Below, one piece after another: positions 51,708 through 61,600 of a DNA stretch of 64,000 nt. The DNA is taken from positions 1 through 64,000 of the forward strand of contig CBDEUM010000030.1 in NCBI GenBank assembly GCA_965242925.1, read 5' to 3'. Numbering within the stretch: the first letter of the stretch is position 1; each line of letters opens with the position of its first letter. The translations under genes and the position numbers were made by a program. The DNA is from Roseibacillus sp. GTDB taxonomy: Bacteria; Verrucomicrobiota; Verrucomicrobiia; Verrucomicrobiales; Akkermansiaceae. Below the pieces are notes generated by a model. The model made no database searches, was not told where the DNA came from, and saw nothing but the letters and a program-made list of their open reading frames with translations.

Positions 51708-52871
51708 TTGTCCTTGAGTTTCGCAGCCCGCTTCGCAGACCCGGATCGCCCGCTTTCTCCGCTCCTGCGGCGGTTTGCGTCCCTTCTGACTCCTCTCCAT
51801 CCGGACGAACAGGAATCCCGGGCACGGAAAAGCTCGGCTCTCTCCCGGCGTCACTTCGGACGCACGATGCGCCTCTTTGCGCCGCTCTACCTATCCAACG
51901 AGTGTGTAAACAACTGCAGCTACTGTGGATTCTCACGCGATAATCCCATCCTACGGACAACCCTCACCCTGGATCAGGTGGCCACCGAGGCCCGGCACCT
52001 CCATTCGCTCGGGTTCCGCAACCTTCTCCTCGTGGCTGGCGAACATCCCAAATTCGTCTCAGAGGGTTACCTGCAGGATTGCCTGCGCCTCCTCTCCCCC
52101 TCTGTTCCCACCCTCGGAATCGAGGTCGGTCCCATGGAGGACGAACAATATGCGGAACTGGTCGCTTGCGGAGCGGAAGGCCTGGTCGTTTACCAGGAAA
52201 CTTATCACCGGGAAACCTACCAACACCTCCATACCGCCGGACCCAAGAAACAGTTCGATTGGCGCCTCGACTGCCCTGAGCGTGCCTATGCGGGCGGTTT
52301 CCGGCGCATTGGAATCGGCGCTCTCTTCGGCCTCGCCGACTGGCGCACCGAAGCCCTCTCACTTGCCGCCCACCTCGAGTACCTTTACAAGCACTGCTGG
52401 AAGGCACAATTCACCATCTCCTTCCCACGCCTGCGACCTCATGCCGGGAATCACCGGCACCGGGTCGACCCTGGATTGACCCTCACCGATCGGCAACTCG
52501 TTCAACTCATCTGTGCCTTTCGCCTTACCTTCCCCCCGATCGGCATCGTTCTTTCCACCAGGGAACCGGCCACCCTCCGCGACCGCCTCTTTCCCCTCGG
52601 TGTCACGCACGTTTCCGCTGGCTCCCACACCGAACCGGGCGGCTACACCGGCGCAGGCACAGATGACCTCCACCACACCATCAGGGGAAGACGGATTGAG
52701 ATCGATCCCACGGAGCATACGGCCGACTGCTCCCAGGCCCGGGCCACTCCTCAGTTTGAGATAGCCGACGAACGTTCGACCAAAGCCGTTGCTGAACAAC
52801 TCCGCCGCCAGGGATTCGATCCCGTCTGGAAAGACTGGGATCGTGAAATTCTTACGCCTGCCCCAGCCTGA
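51708..52871 (+). CDS. thiH: 2-iminoacetate synthase (radical SAM)
   Basis: FAPLYLSNECVNNCSYCGF, YQETY, GALFGL, SFPRLRP, LSTRE, QFEIADER, PVWKDWD. TTG start at 51708 or 51714. Confidence 0.95.
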   Translation: MSLSFAARFADPDRPLSPLLRRFASLLTPLHPDEQESRARKSSALSRRHFGRTMRLFAPLYLSNECVNNCSYCGFSRDNPILRTTLTLDQVATEARHLHSLGFRNLLLVAGEHPKFVSEGYLQDCLRLLSPSVPTLGIEVGPMEDEQYAELVACGAEGLVVYQETYHRETYQHLHTAGPKKQFDWRLDCPERAYAGGFRRIGIGALFGLADWRTEALSLAAHLEYLYKHCWKAQFTISFPRLRPHAGNHRHRVDPGLTLTDRQLVQLICAFRLTFPPIGIVLSTREPATLRDRLFPLGVTHVSAGSHTEPGGYTGAGTDDLHHTIRGRRIEIDPTEHTADCSQARATPQFEIADERSTKAVAEQLRRQGFDPVWKDWDREILTPAPA

Positions 52872-52887
52872 CTCCTTCCCCTCCGAG

Positions 52888-53088
52888 ATGCAGATTATCC
52901 TCAACGGCAGGGCACACACACTCGAATGCCAGGCCACCGTCGCCGACCTCCTCGAGTCTCTTGACCTCGCCCTGAAGCCGGTGGTGACGGAACTGGACGG
53001 TCAGGCACTGCCCCGTGGCGATCACAACTCCACCGCCCTCTCGGAGGGAGCCCGCGTGGAAATCATCGTTCTCGCCGCCGGCGGTTAG
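52888..53088 (+). CDS. thiS: Sulfur carrier ThiS
   Basis: MQIILNG...VEIIVLAAGG, 66 aa, 16 nt after thiH. Confidence 0.93.
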   Translation: MQIILNGRAHTLECQATVADLLESLDLALKPVVTELDGQALPRGDHNSTALSEGARVEIIVLAAGG

Positions 53089-53151
53089 GCCCTCACCACA
53101 GGAATTCCTGGCTCCTCCTGCTGTTGCCCCCCATTACCAAGTCCGGCATCC

Positions 53152-53883
53152 TCAACCCCGGTTCCGCCACTTCTCCACTCCCCCTAACAGGGCCTTCACC
53201 AAATCCACCGCTTCGTCCTTCTCCGGGTTCTCCAGGGATTCGGCCAAATCAAGCCATTCCCGGTGCAGTGAATCATAGTTTGTCAGGCCGAGCAGAAACT
53301 CCTGCCCGGGAAAAAAGCTCTCTTCTCTCACCTGCTCCTCCGCCTTCACCAACCGTGCCGCCAGTTTCGCCGACCACTCGTAGTTCTGCAGATCCTCCGC
53401 CATCAACATCCCAGCCAGCAGGCAGAAGGGATACTCCTGGACCACCCATCCACTCGGTGCCCGGTAATCCTCCATCTCCTTTGCCAGATCCGGAAACACA
53501 TCCAGCAAAACAGATGTCAGCTCACGGTTCGCTATCGACCGCGCCGACTGCACCAGAGAGCAGCAGACGTAATTGACAATCACCACCGGATCGAGGCCCG
53601 GCTCCTTGAGAAGGAACTTCGCCGCCACGGCCCCGCAAAACAATTTAAAGCGCACGAAACGGCCCTCCTGCGACGATTGCTCCGGACTCCCCCGCTGGGC
53701 GATCCCGAAGACCTCGAACCATTCCGGATCAACCGCGTCGGGAATCTCCTTCCGGGAGCGCACCCCGCTGCACAGATCCACGTAACTCATGTCGCCCGGG
53801 TCCTCGGGACAAAAGGCCCGGAAGTCCTCATCCCTCACTTCGCCACACGCGAACTCAAAGAGATCATCAAACCTGGACTTCAC
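53152..53883 (-). CDS. Hypothetical helical protein
   Basis: 243-aa ORF with GTG start filling the gap between thiS and the lipid kinase; no motif recognised. Confidence 0.65.
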   Translation of the reverse strand: MKSRFDDLFEFACGEVRDEDFRAFCPEDPGDMSYVDLCSGVRSRKEIPDAVDPEWFEVFGIAQRGSPEQSSQEGRFVRFKLFCGAVAAKFLLKEPGLDPVVIVNYVCCSLVQSARSIANRELTSVLLDVFPDLAKEMEDYRAPSGWVVQEYPFCLLAGMLMAEDLQNYEWSAKLAARLVKAEEQVREESFFPGQEFLLGLTNYDSLHREWLDLAESLENPEKDEAVDLVKALLGGVEKWRNRG

Positions 53884-53946
53884 TGCATCGCGATTCTGGA
53901 ATTTCCCCCCGAAAGGGGAAGGTTAATCTAATCTCCACCACCACTG

Positions 53947-54882
53947 TCAACTGGCTCCGGGGCTAAGATTCGACAGCACCTGCTCCCACCAGTTCTTCCC
54001 CCGTTCCTCCGGGGCCAGAACCCGCAACTTCTCGGTCATGGCCTTGAACATCACCTTCCTGGTCCGGCCCCACAATTCGCCGTCCACCTCCACTGGTACC
54101 TCCCGGTCGCATTCCACGGCAAGGCCGGAAGTCTGATAATACTCCACCACCTTTCCATCCGCCTCGAAGCCTCCCCGCGCCAACGTTCCCAGCGACCCCA
54201 GGGCCGCCTTGTAGCCCGCTTCCTTATAGACCAGAACATCCAGAAGATCGTCCGCGTTGTCCGCTTTCCCGAAAAGTCGTAACTGCCCCCCATAGAGCGC
54301 CCCGTTGCCCAGCAGGACACAGGCCCCCTCCACGACATGCCCCTCGTCAAAATAAACCTTCATCCGTGGAGGCCTGGATCCAAGCACCTTGACCGCCGAG
54401 AGAATATACGCCAGCGGCCCCAGTCGCCGCTTCGCGTCGCTCGTGGTCTCCTCGATGACCTGCGCATCAAAACCCACCCCCGCCATCTGCACGAAGGGGG
54501 TCCCCTCCATCTCAAAGAGATCCACTTCCTTCACATGTCCCGCATCGATCACCTCCAGTGCTCCCGCCAGATGCCCGAAGGGAATGTTCAGTTCACGCGC
54601 AAAGACATTCATCGTTCCCGTGGGCAGGATTCCCAGCACGGTCTCTGAACCGCTCAATCCCCCCACCACGGCATTGAGCGTGCCGTCTCCACCCGCCGCC
54701 ACCACGACTTCCTCTCCCTCCTCGGAAAAACGCCGGGCCAGCTCCGCCGCTTCCTCCGCACTGTTGGTGGCATAAATCGCAAATCGCGTCGCATGCTCCA
54801 TCACGAAGTGCCGCGCCCGCCGCGCCCGCTCACTTCGAGCCCTCGGATTCAGGATCAGAGGATACCTTGGCACCATGCTCAC
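53947..54882 (-). CDS. Diacylglycerol/lipid kinase family protein (YegS/BmrU-like)
   Basis: ILNP, AGGDGT, LPTGTMNVFA, GVGFDA, VDGE motifs. Confidence 0.92.
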   Translation of the reverse strand: MSMVPRYPLILNPRARSERARRARHFVMEHATRFAIYATNSAEEAAELARRFSEEGEEVVVAAGGDGTLNAVVGGLSGSETVLGILPTGTMNVFARELNIPFGHLAGALEVIDAGHVKEVDLFEMEGTPFVQMAGVGFDAQVIEETTSDAKRRLGPLAYILSAVKVLGSRPPRMKVYFDEGHVVEGACVLLGNGALYGGQLRLFGKADNADDLLDVLVYKEAGYKAALGSLGTLARGGFEADGKVVEYYQTSGLAVECDREVPVEVDGELWGRTRKVMFKAMTEKLRVLAPEERGKNWWEQVLSNLSPGAS

Positions 54883-54990
54883 GCCTCATATTTTCCACAA
54901 TCCCGCCCCTTAACCAATTCCCAACTTGTCCTCCCTCTCAATTCCCGGACTCTCCACCCTGCAATCAGGACTGAAACTGCCTGCTCACGA

Positions 54991-55566
54991 TCAAGTCCTG
55001 CTCGGCAGGACCCCGAATCGCTCCAACTCGTCCGCTACCCGCACCATCGGCAAGCCCACCACGTTGTCACGGTCCCCCTCCACCTTATCCACCAGCATCT
55101 CCCCATGCTCCTGGATCGCGTAGGCTCCTGCCTTGTCGATCACGTTGACTCGCTGCATGTAGTCCTTGATGACATCTTCCCCGAACCTCAGGAACCGCAC
55201 CCAGGCCACCTCAAAGAAGACGTGCTCCTCCGCCCCGTAACTCACACACACGCCTGTGCATACTTCGTGCACCCGCCCTGACAAGCGCTCCAGCATGCAC
55301 GCCGCCTCCATGATATCACGCGGTTTTCCCATGACTTCTCCTCCCAACCCCACAAGCGTGTCGGCTCCTAACACAACAGCCTCGGGATGCTGCTGCGAAA
55401 TCTCCCTGGCCTTCAATGCGGCATTGGCCACACAGAGCCTCCGAAAGGGATACTTCCCCGGCGGCCACTCCTCCACCTCGGCCGGTTCCACTTTGAATTC
55501 GTACCCGGCTTTCGACAGCAAGTCACTCCGACGCGGAGACCCGGACGCCAGAATAAATCGCTCCAT
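54991..55566 (-). CDS. maf: Maf family nucleoside triphosphate pyrophosphatase
   Basis: ILASGSPRR, LGADT, GKP, DKAGAYAIQ, NVVGLP. Start ATG 55566. Confidence 0.95.
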   Translation of the reverse strand: MERFILASGSPRRSDLLSKAGYEFKVEPAEVEEWPPGKYPFRRLCVANAALKAREISQQHPEAVVLGADTLVGLGGEVMGKPRDIMEAACMLERLSGRVHEVCTGVCVSYGAEEHVFFEVAWVRFLRFGEDVIKDYMQRVNVIDKAGAYAIQEHGEMLVDKVEGDRDNVVGLPMVRVADELERFGVLPSRT

Positions 55567-55574
55567 GCGCCCCT

Positions 55575-56054
55575 TTAACTCGCAGCGATCGCGTAGATCA
55601 GAATCAACAGGACCAAGGTCGCCACGCCCACTGACACAATCAGGGTCTTCATCGTGACCCCCTTGAGCATATCCCGTCCACTCACCGCATCCTCCCTGCG
55701 CGGATCTGCCTCCACGAACATTCTGCGGACTTCCGCCTCCCCTAACTCCGACTCCTGTTTCCCGGGAGGCACTCCTTCCGTGTTCTTTGACGTCCCCTCC
55801 TTCTTCGGATCTCGAGGGGGCAAATCCTCCCCTGCCATGGACAAGCGAACCACTTCCTGCTTGCTCTTCCCGCTCGGCATCATGGGCATGTTGAGGCGGT
55901 GAAGCGCCACCTGACTTCCGCAATCTGGACACGACGCCCGGGTCGCCGTCCGCGACATCATGAACCAATTACCGCACTTCCAACACTTCACTCGTTCAGT
56001 GGAGTCGGGGTGGGACTTCATTTCTCCCATCGGCCGCACACGTATACCCATCAA
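55575..56054 (-). CDS. Zinc-ribbon protein with C-terminal TM helix
   Basis: CWKC...CPDC pair, disordered linker, C-terminal hydrophobic helix. Start uncertain. Confidence 0.65.
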   Translation of the reverse strand: MMGIRVRPMGEMKSHPDSTERVKCWKCGNWFMMSRTATRASCPDCGSQVALHRLNMPMMPSGKSKQEVVRLSMAGEDLPPRDPKKEGTSKNTEGVPPGKQESELGEAEVRRMFVEADPRREDAVSGRDMLKGVTMKTLIVSVGVATLVLLILIYAIAAS

Positions 56055-56058
56055 ATTT

Positions 56059-56087
56059 TTTCTATTTGGTGACTATCAACCTGTCAA
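56059..56087 (-). promoter_or_regulatory. Putative sigma70 promoter for the zinc-ribbon/maf/kinase unit
   Basis: Minus strand TTGACA-17 nt-TAGAAA in an AT-rich stretch. Confidence 0.4.
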
Positions 56088-56251
56088 CACATGGACCTGT
56101 TACTTATTCACAGTTCATCAACACTCTCCTCCCACGGAATCGGTCAACCCCACCGAGGAATCCGTGAACAGTCCGAATCCCGGGATCCAAGCAGGATTCG
56201 CTCATCTTACCCTTTCGTATTTTCCCTTGCCATCCCTCCTCTTCTGAATAC

Positions 56252-56265
56252 TGTTCATTAGAACA
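56252..56265. promoter_or_regulatory. LexA (SOS) box, Verrucomicrobia type
   Basis: TGTTC-ATTA-GAACA matches the TGTTC-N4-GAACA motif described for Verrucomicrobia LexA. Its last A is the A of the imuA ATG. Candidate TTGCCA(56227)-16 nt-TACTGT(56249) promoter overlaps it. Confidence 0.88.
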
Positions 56266-56957
56266 TGGATGAGCGGAGCCCTGCTGTCATTCGAAGTCGG
56301 ATAGTCACCCTCCCGGCTCTACGCCAGCAATTGCGTGAAAAATTCCCCGAAGCACACCGGGAGAGTGACTATCCCCCTTCCCTTTCTTCCTCCTCCTCCC
56401 GCCTCCCCGCCTTCCCCACCGGAGCCCTTTCCGAACTCACCCCTGTTCTCCCCGCTTCCGGTCTCTCCCTCATCCTCGCCGAACTTCTCCAGGAAAATCA
56501 CCCAGAATCATCTCTTACAACCACTGCCCCCCATCTCCCGCCTGCTGGCAGAAAACTCCTCGCCCTCATCGATGGCCGGGACTCCTTTGATCCTGCTTCC
56601 TACAGCGCGGACTCCTGTTCCCGCCTGCTCTGGATTCGTTGTCGGAATGGGGATGAATCCCTGCGCTGCTGCGATCTCCTTCTGCACGACGCCAGCCTCC
56701 CCCTGCTCATCCTCGATCTTCTCCTCAATCCTCTCGAGGAACTTCGCCGCATCCCCAGTTCGTCCTGGTACCGTCTCCGCAATCTTGCCAGGCAGTCCGG
56801 AACATCCCTTCTCATCTTTACTCCCAGGCACCTCATCCCCTGCGCTTCCCTTCACCTCACTTTCAACTCCGCCTTCACTCTCGCTGATCTCGAACGTAAT
56901 CGGGATGAACTGAAGATCGTCTGTGACCGCGAAGAGACTGCTGTTCGGAGTTCCTGA
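56265..56957 (+). CDS. imuA: ImuA-like RecA/SulA-fold protein
   Basis: GALSEL, LIDGRDSFDP, RLLWIRC, LLILDL; degenerate Walker A; first gene of the cassette. Confidence 0.8.
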   Translation: MDERSPAVIRSRIVTLPALRQQLREKFPEAHRESDYPPSLSSSSSRLPAFPTGALSELTPVLPASGLSLILAELLQENHPESSLTTTAPHLPPAGRKLLALIDGRDSFDPASYSADSCSRLLWIRCRNGDESLRCCDLLLHDASLPLLILDLLLNPLEELRRIPSSSWYRLRNLARQSGTSLLIFTPRHLIPCASLHLTFNSAFTLADLERNRDELKIVCDREETAVRSS

Positions 56958-57003
56958 GAGAAATCGACGGGCAAGGAAACTTTTCCCAACCTTCCCACTC
57001 CAC

Positions 57004-58599
57004 TTGTACTCCTCCCTTCACATTCCCTCCTTTCCTCTCTCTGTTCTCCTCCGTGACAGTCCCGGGATCACCGCCGAACCGGCAGCCCTTGTCAACTCGG
57101 AGACTGATCCTTCTTCCAGAACTTCCTCCACCCGCGCAACACCTCTTCTTCTCGCTGTCAACACTGCCGCCTCCCGCCACCGCATTGCCCCGGGTCTCAC
57201 CGTCACCCGTGCTCTCGCACGCTGTCCACAACTCATTCTTCTCGCTCCTGATCCTTCCCTCGAGCGCCTCCACCAGAACGCCTTCCGGGAATACGTCTCT
57301 TCTCTCGGACCCGACTTTGAAGAGACCGCCCCGGGCACCTTTCTACTCGATCTCCTTTCTATTTCCCACGCCCTCACCTCCCCCCTCGCCTGGACCGAAC
57401 AAGCCCTCCGCAAGGCCACTCGACTTCGTCTTCCTCTCCATCTCGCCATCGCTCCCACTCCAGATCTTGCCCTCCTCGTCGGGCGCAGCCGTGCCCTGCG
57501 TTCCACTCTCACCTTCCATCCGGAACCGGTGTTCAACAGTGTCCCGCATTCCGTTTTCAGCATTCAGGCCATTGCCGATCTGCCTGTCTCTTCTCTGCAA
57601 ACTGACCACGGCAAACTGACCACGGACCCGAAACTCCTTCAACTCTGGGGCATCGACACCCTGGGAGCCCTCGCCGCCCTCCCACGCCAGGGACTCGCAG
57701 AACGACTCGGCCCCGGGGTGATCCGCCTCCACGACATTCTGCACGGCAAATACCACCGTCTCCTCAACCTGCATCGCCCCCCACAGCAATTCACCATAAC
57801 CCGCGAACTTGAACATCCCCTCGAGAGCCTTGAACCGCTCCTCTTCGTCCTGCGCCGCGGCCTCGACTCCCTCTGCTCCCGCCTTCGTTCCTCCCAGCGC
57901 GCCGCCATCTCCTCCAAACTCACCCTCACTTTCGCCGACGGCAACCTGCACTTGCGTGAACTGCGCCTTCCCGAACCCACCTGCACCCCCTCCACTCTCC
58001 TTCGCCTTCTCCACACCCACCTGGACACCGTCCGCGCTCCCGCTCCCGTCGTGGCATGGTCCCTCCTCCTCACTCCCACCTTGCCCGGCGAAGCTCAACA
58101 CCACCTCTTCGATCGCTCCCTGCGAGACCCTCACAGATTCGCCGATACCCTCGCACGCCTGGAAGCCCTTCTCGGTCCTGGTCGACTCGGCACTCCCCGT
58201 TCCATCGACACTCATCGGCCGGATTCGTTCCAAATGGAAGACCCTCTGTGCAGCCGGACATCTAGGATTGCGCCTCCCCCCGGGGGAGGACCACTTCCAA
58301 TCTTTGACCACGACAGCATCCAGGCGGCCCTGCCTCTGAAACGCTATCGCCCCGCCCTTCCTGTTCATGTTGCCTGCGAACCCGGCGCTCGCTTCCCCCG
58401 CCCCCTCGCCCTCCTGACCGGACCACACCGTGGCTCCATTGCAGCTGTTCACGGCCCCTTTCCTCTCTCGGGCCACTGGTGGAATTCCCCCGAACACTGG
58501 CAACGCGTCGAATGGGATCTTCAGCTCGCCAACCAAACCCTCCTCCGTCTCACCTGTCAATCTCCCGGAGACTGGCTCCTTGAGGGCATCTACGAATGA
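57004..58599 (+). CDS. imuB: ImuB, inactive Y-family polymerase homolog
   Basis: Likely TTG start (MYSSLHIPSFPL); A...GLTVTRALARCP, LWGIDTLGALAALP, DTHRPD, GPFPLSGHWW, WLLEGIYE. Confidence 0.88.
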   Translation: MYSSLHIPSFPLSVLLRDSPGITAEPAALVNSETDPSSRTSSTRATPLLLAVNTAASRHRIAPGLTVTRALARCPQLILLAPDPSLERLHQNAFREYVSSLGPDFEETAPGTFLLDLLSISHALTSPLAWTEQALRKATRLRLPLHLAIAPTPDLALLVGRSRALRSTLTFHPEPVFNSVPHSVFSIQAIADLPVSSLQTDHGKLTTDPKLLQLWGIDTLGALAALPRQGLAERLGPGVIRLHDILHGKYHRLLNLHRPPQQFTITRELEHPLESLEPLLFVLRRGLDSLCSRLRSSQRAAISSKLTLTFADGNLHLRELRLPEPTCTPSTLLRLLHTHLDTVRAPAPVVAWSLLLTPTLPGEAQHHLFDRSLRDPHRFADTLARLEALLGPGRLGTPRSIDTHRPDSFQMEDPLCSRTSRIAPPPGGGPLPIFDHDSIQAALPLKRYRPALPVHVACEPGARFPRPLALLTGPHRGSIAAVHGPFPLSGHWWNSPEHWQRVEWDLQLANQTLLRLTCQSPGDWLLEGIYE

Positions 58600-58659
58600 A
58601 GTCCGCCTGATCCCGGAAGGGCCAGGCGAAGGCAGAGTCTTTCGAACCTTTGACCGAAC

Positions 58660-61600
58660 TTGTTTACCGAACTCCACGCCCGCTCCTCCTTCTCCTTCCT
58701 CCGGGGTGCCAGCCAACCGGAGGATCTTGTCCACCGTGCAGCGGAACTTGGCTATCAGACCATCGCTCTCCTCGACCATATGGGAGTCCAGGGATCCGCC
58801 CGGGCCCACTTCACTGCTCAACAGCACGGCCTCCGCTCCCTCGTGGGAGCCACCGCTGAATTGCCGAATCCTCAATCTCAAATCGCACATCTTGAAATCC
58901 CCCTCCTCGTCAAGAATCGCACCGGTTACCAGAATCTCTGTCGCCTCCTCACGGATCTGCATTGTGTCAACAACACAAGCAGTTCGACGGCATCCCCATC
59001 GCAGGGCACAAAATCCGGAGCCGAAATTCCCTTTCCTCCCGCATTTTGCTCTCAAACCAAAGGCCTGATTGCCCTCCTGACTCCCGAATCCCTCCCCGAT
59101 TTAACAAAAGCCAACCTTCTCGAAACCGCTATCTGGCTCCGCGACACCTTCGGGCCGGAAAACCTCTACCTCACTCTCACTCGGCACCATATCCGCGGTG
59201 AAGAACGACGCAACCGCCTCCTGATCGATCTCGCCGGTCACCTCAAACTCCCCCTCCTCGCATCCAACGCCCCGCTTTTCGCCCGCCGCCGCGATCGCCT
59301 CCTCGCTGACGCCTTCACCTGTCTGCGCCACCACACCACCCTCGACCAGGCGGGCACCCTCCTGGAAGCCAACCCAGAGCGCCACCTCAAGTCCCCCTCG
59401 CAGGTCACCGCCCTCTTCCACGATCACTCCGAAGCTCTCCACAACACCCAGCTCCTCGCTGATCGCCTTGAGTTCACCCTCACAAACCTGGGTTACAGGT
59501 TCCCCTCCTATCATGAAAACGGACATCCACTCCCTCCCGGGAAAGAAGCCGGACTTCTCCGTGAACTCACCTTCCGCGGAGCCCGTCAGCGTTATGGCAA
59601 AGTCGGATCCAGGATCCGTCGGCAACTTGAGCATGAACTGGCGCTCATCATTCGACTCGGTTTCTCAGGCTACTTCCTCATCGTCTGGGAACTGGTGCAG
59701 TTTGCCAGGTCCCAGGGCATTCTCTGCCAGGGACGTGGCTCGGCCGCCAACTCTGCAGTTTGCTACTGCCTTGAAATCACCGCCTGTGACCCCATCAGCA
59801 GCGACCTCCTCTTCGAGCGCTTCCTCTCCGAAAACCGCAAGTCCTGGCCAGATATCGACATAGACTTCCCTTCCGGTGAACGGCGCGAAGCCGTCATCCA
59901 GCATGTCTACCGGAAATACGCCCCCCGCGGTGCAGCGATGACCGCCAACGTCATCACCTACCGACCGCGATCGGCATTCCGCGAGATGTCCAGGATCCTT
60001 GGCTTCCCCGACTCAATCGCTGATCGCTTCTCCGGCCTCTCCTCCTCTCCCGGAATCCATCCTGACCACGATGGCAGATCACAACATCCCAGGCTGGATA
60101 TTGAAGACCTTGAATCAGGCGCGCCCCTGGCCGGGATCTCAATGGATAGCTGCTATCCAGAGAACCATATCGAACATCTTGAGAAAACCTTCACCCGATC
60201 CGGTGTTCCTCCCGACCATCCCCGCTTCAAACCACTCCTCCACCTTTACCATGAAGTCCTCTCCTTCCCCCGTCACCTCGGTCAGCATTCGGGCGGAATG
60301 ATCATCTGCGACAACGGACTCGACTCGATTGTCCCGCTGCAACCGGCCGCCATGCCCAACCGCACCATCGCGCAATGGGACAAGGACGATTGTGAAGACC
60401 TCGGCATCGTGAAAGTCGACCTCCTCGGCCTGGGCATGCTCGCCGCCATGGAAGACAGCCTCCGCATCTGTCACCAGCGCGGCAAGAACATCGATCTCAC
60501 CCGCATCCCCCATGACGATCCGGCTACCTACGATCTTCTCTGCCGCGCCGACACGGTAGGCACCTTCCAGGTCGAATCCCGCGCCCAGATGGCCACCCTG
60601 CCCATCATGCGGCCGAAGAACTTCTACGATCTCGTTATCGAAGTGGCCCTCATCCGTCCCGGCCCAATCGCGGGCGATCTCGTGCACCCCTATCTCAACC
60701 GCCGCAACGGTCGCGAACCGGTCGACTACATTCATCCGGATTTCCAACCCGTTCTGGGGCGCACTCTCGGTGTCCCTCTCTTCCAGGAACAGGTCCTCCG
60801 CATGGCTATGATTATCGCGGGTTTTGATGGCGCCGAGGCTGACGAACTGCGCCGTGCCATGGCCTTCAAGCGCTCCGACCAACGCATGGAGAACATTTCC
60901 AGGAAGCTGATCCTCCGCATGTCCGAGCGCAATATTGACATTGCGATCCAGGAAAAGGTGGTCAAGGCCATCGGCTCCTTTGCCCTCTACGGGTTCCCCG
61001 AAAGTCATTCCATCTCCTTTGCCCTCATTGCCTATGCATCCTGCTGGCTTAAGACCCACCATCCTGCCGAGTTCTTTGCCGGTCTCATCAACAATCAACC
61101 CATGGGATTCTACTCGGTAGCCACCCTCCTCCGTGACGCCCGCAGGCACGGTATCCGGGCCAGATCAGTCTCCGTTCTTCATTCTGCCTGGGAAACCCTC
61201 GTCCTCGACGACCAGACACTCCGTCTCGGTCTCCAACGCCTCAAAAACCTCTCCACCGCCACCGCCGAACGCCTCGTGGACACCCGCTCCCATGCCCAGT
61301 TCTCCAGCCTTCCCGACTTCCTCCGCCGCGTGCACCCTAACCGAAAGGAGCGCCGCCTCCTCGCCGCCGCCGGAGCCCTCAATGATCTCCCCGAAGTGGA
61401 ACACCGGCGGGACGGTCTCTGGCAGGTAGAAATGGACCCACAGGAAGATCTCTTCAGTCGCTCCAGTTTGCCGGCCGAACCCTACGACGCGGAAGAGTCA
61501 TCTGCCGGCAGGACTTCACAAGGCAATCGGCAATCCGCAACCCCTCTCACCCGCATGACTGCCCTGGAAAGGCTCTCCTCAGACTACGCTACCCAGGGCC

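Noticed and set aside
58655..58675. Second LexA-like site TGTTT-ACC-GAACT at the dnaE2 start
   Set aside because: The spacer is 3 nt rather than 4 and there are two mismatches.
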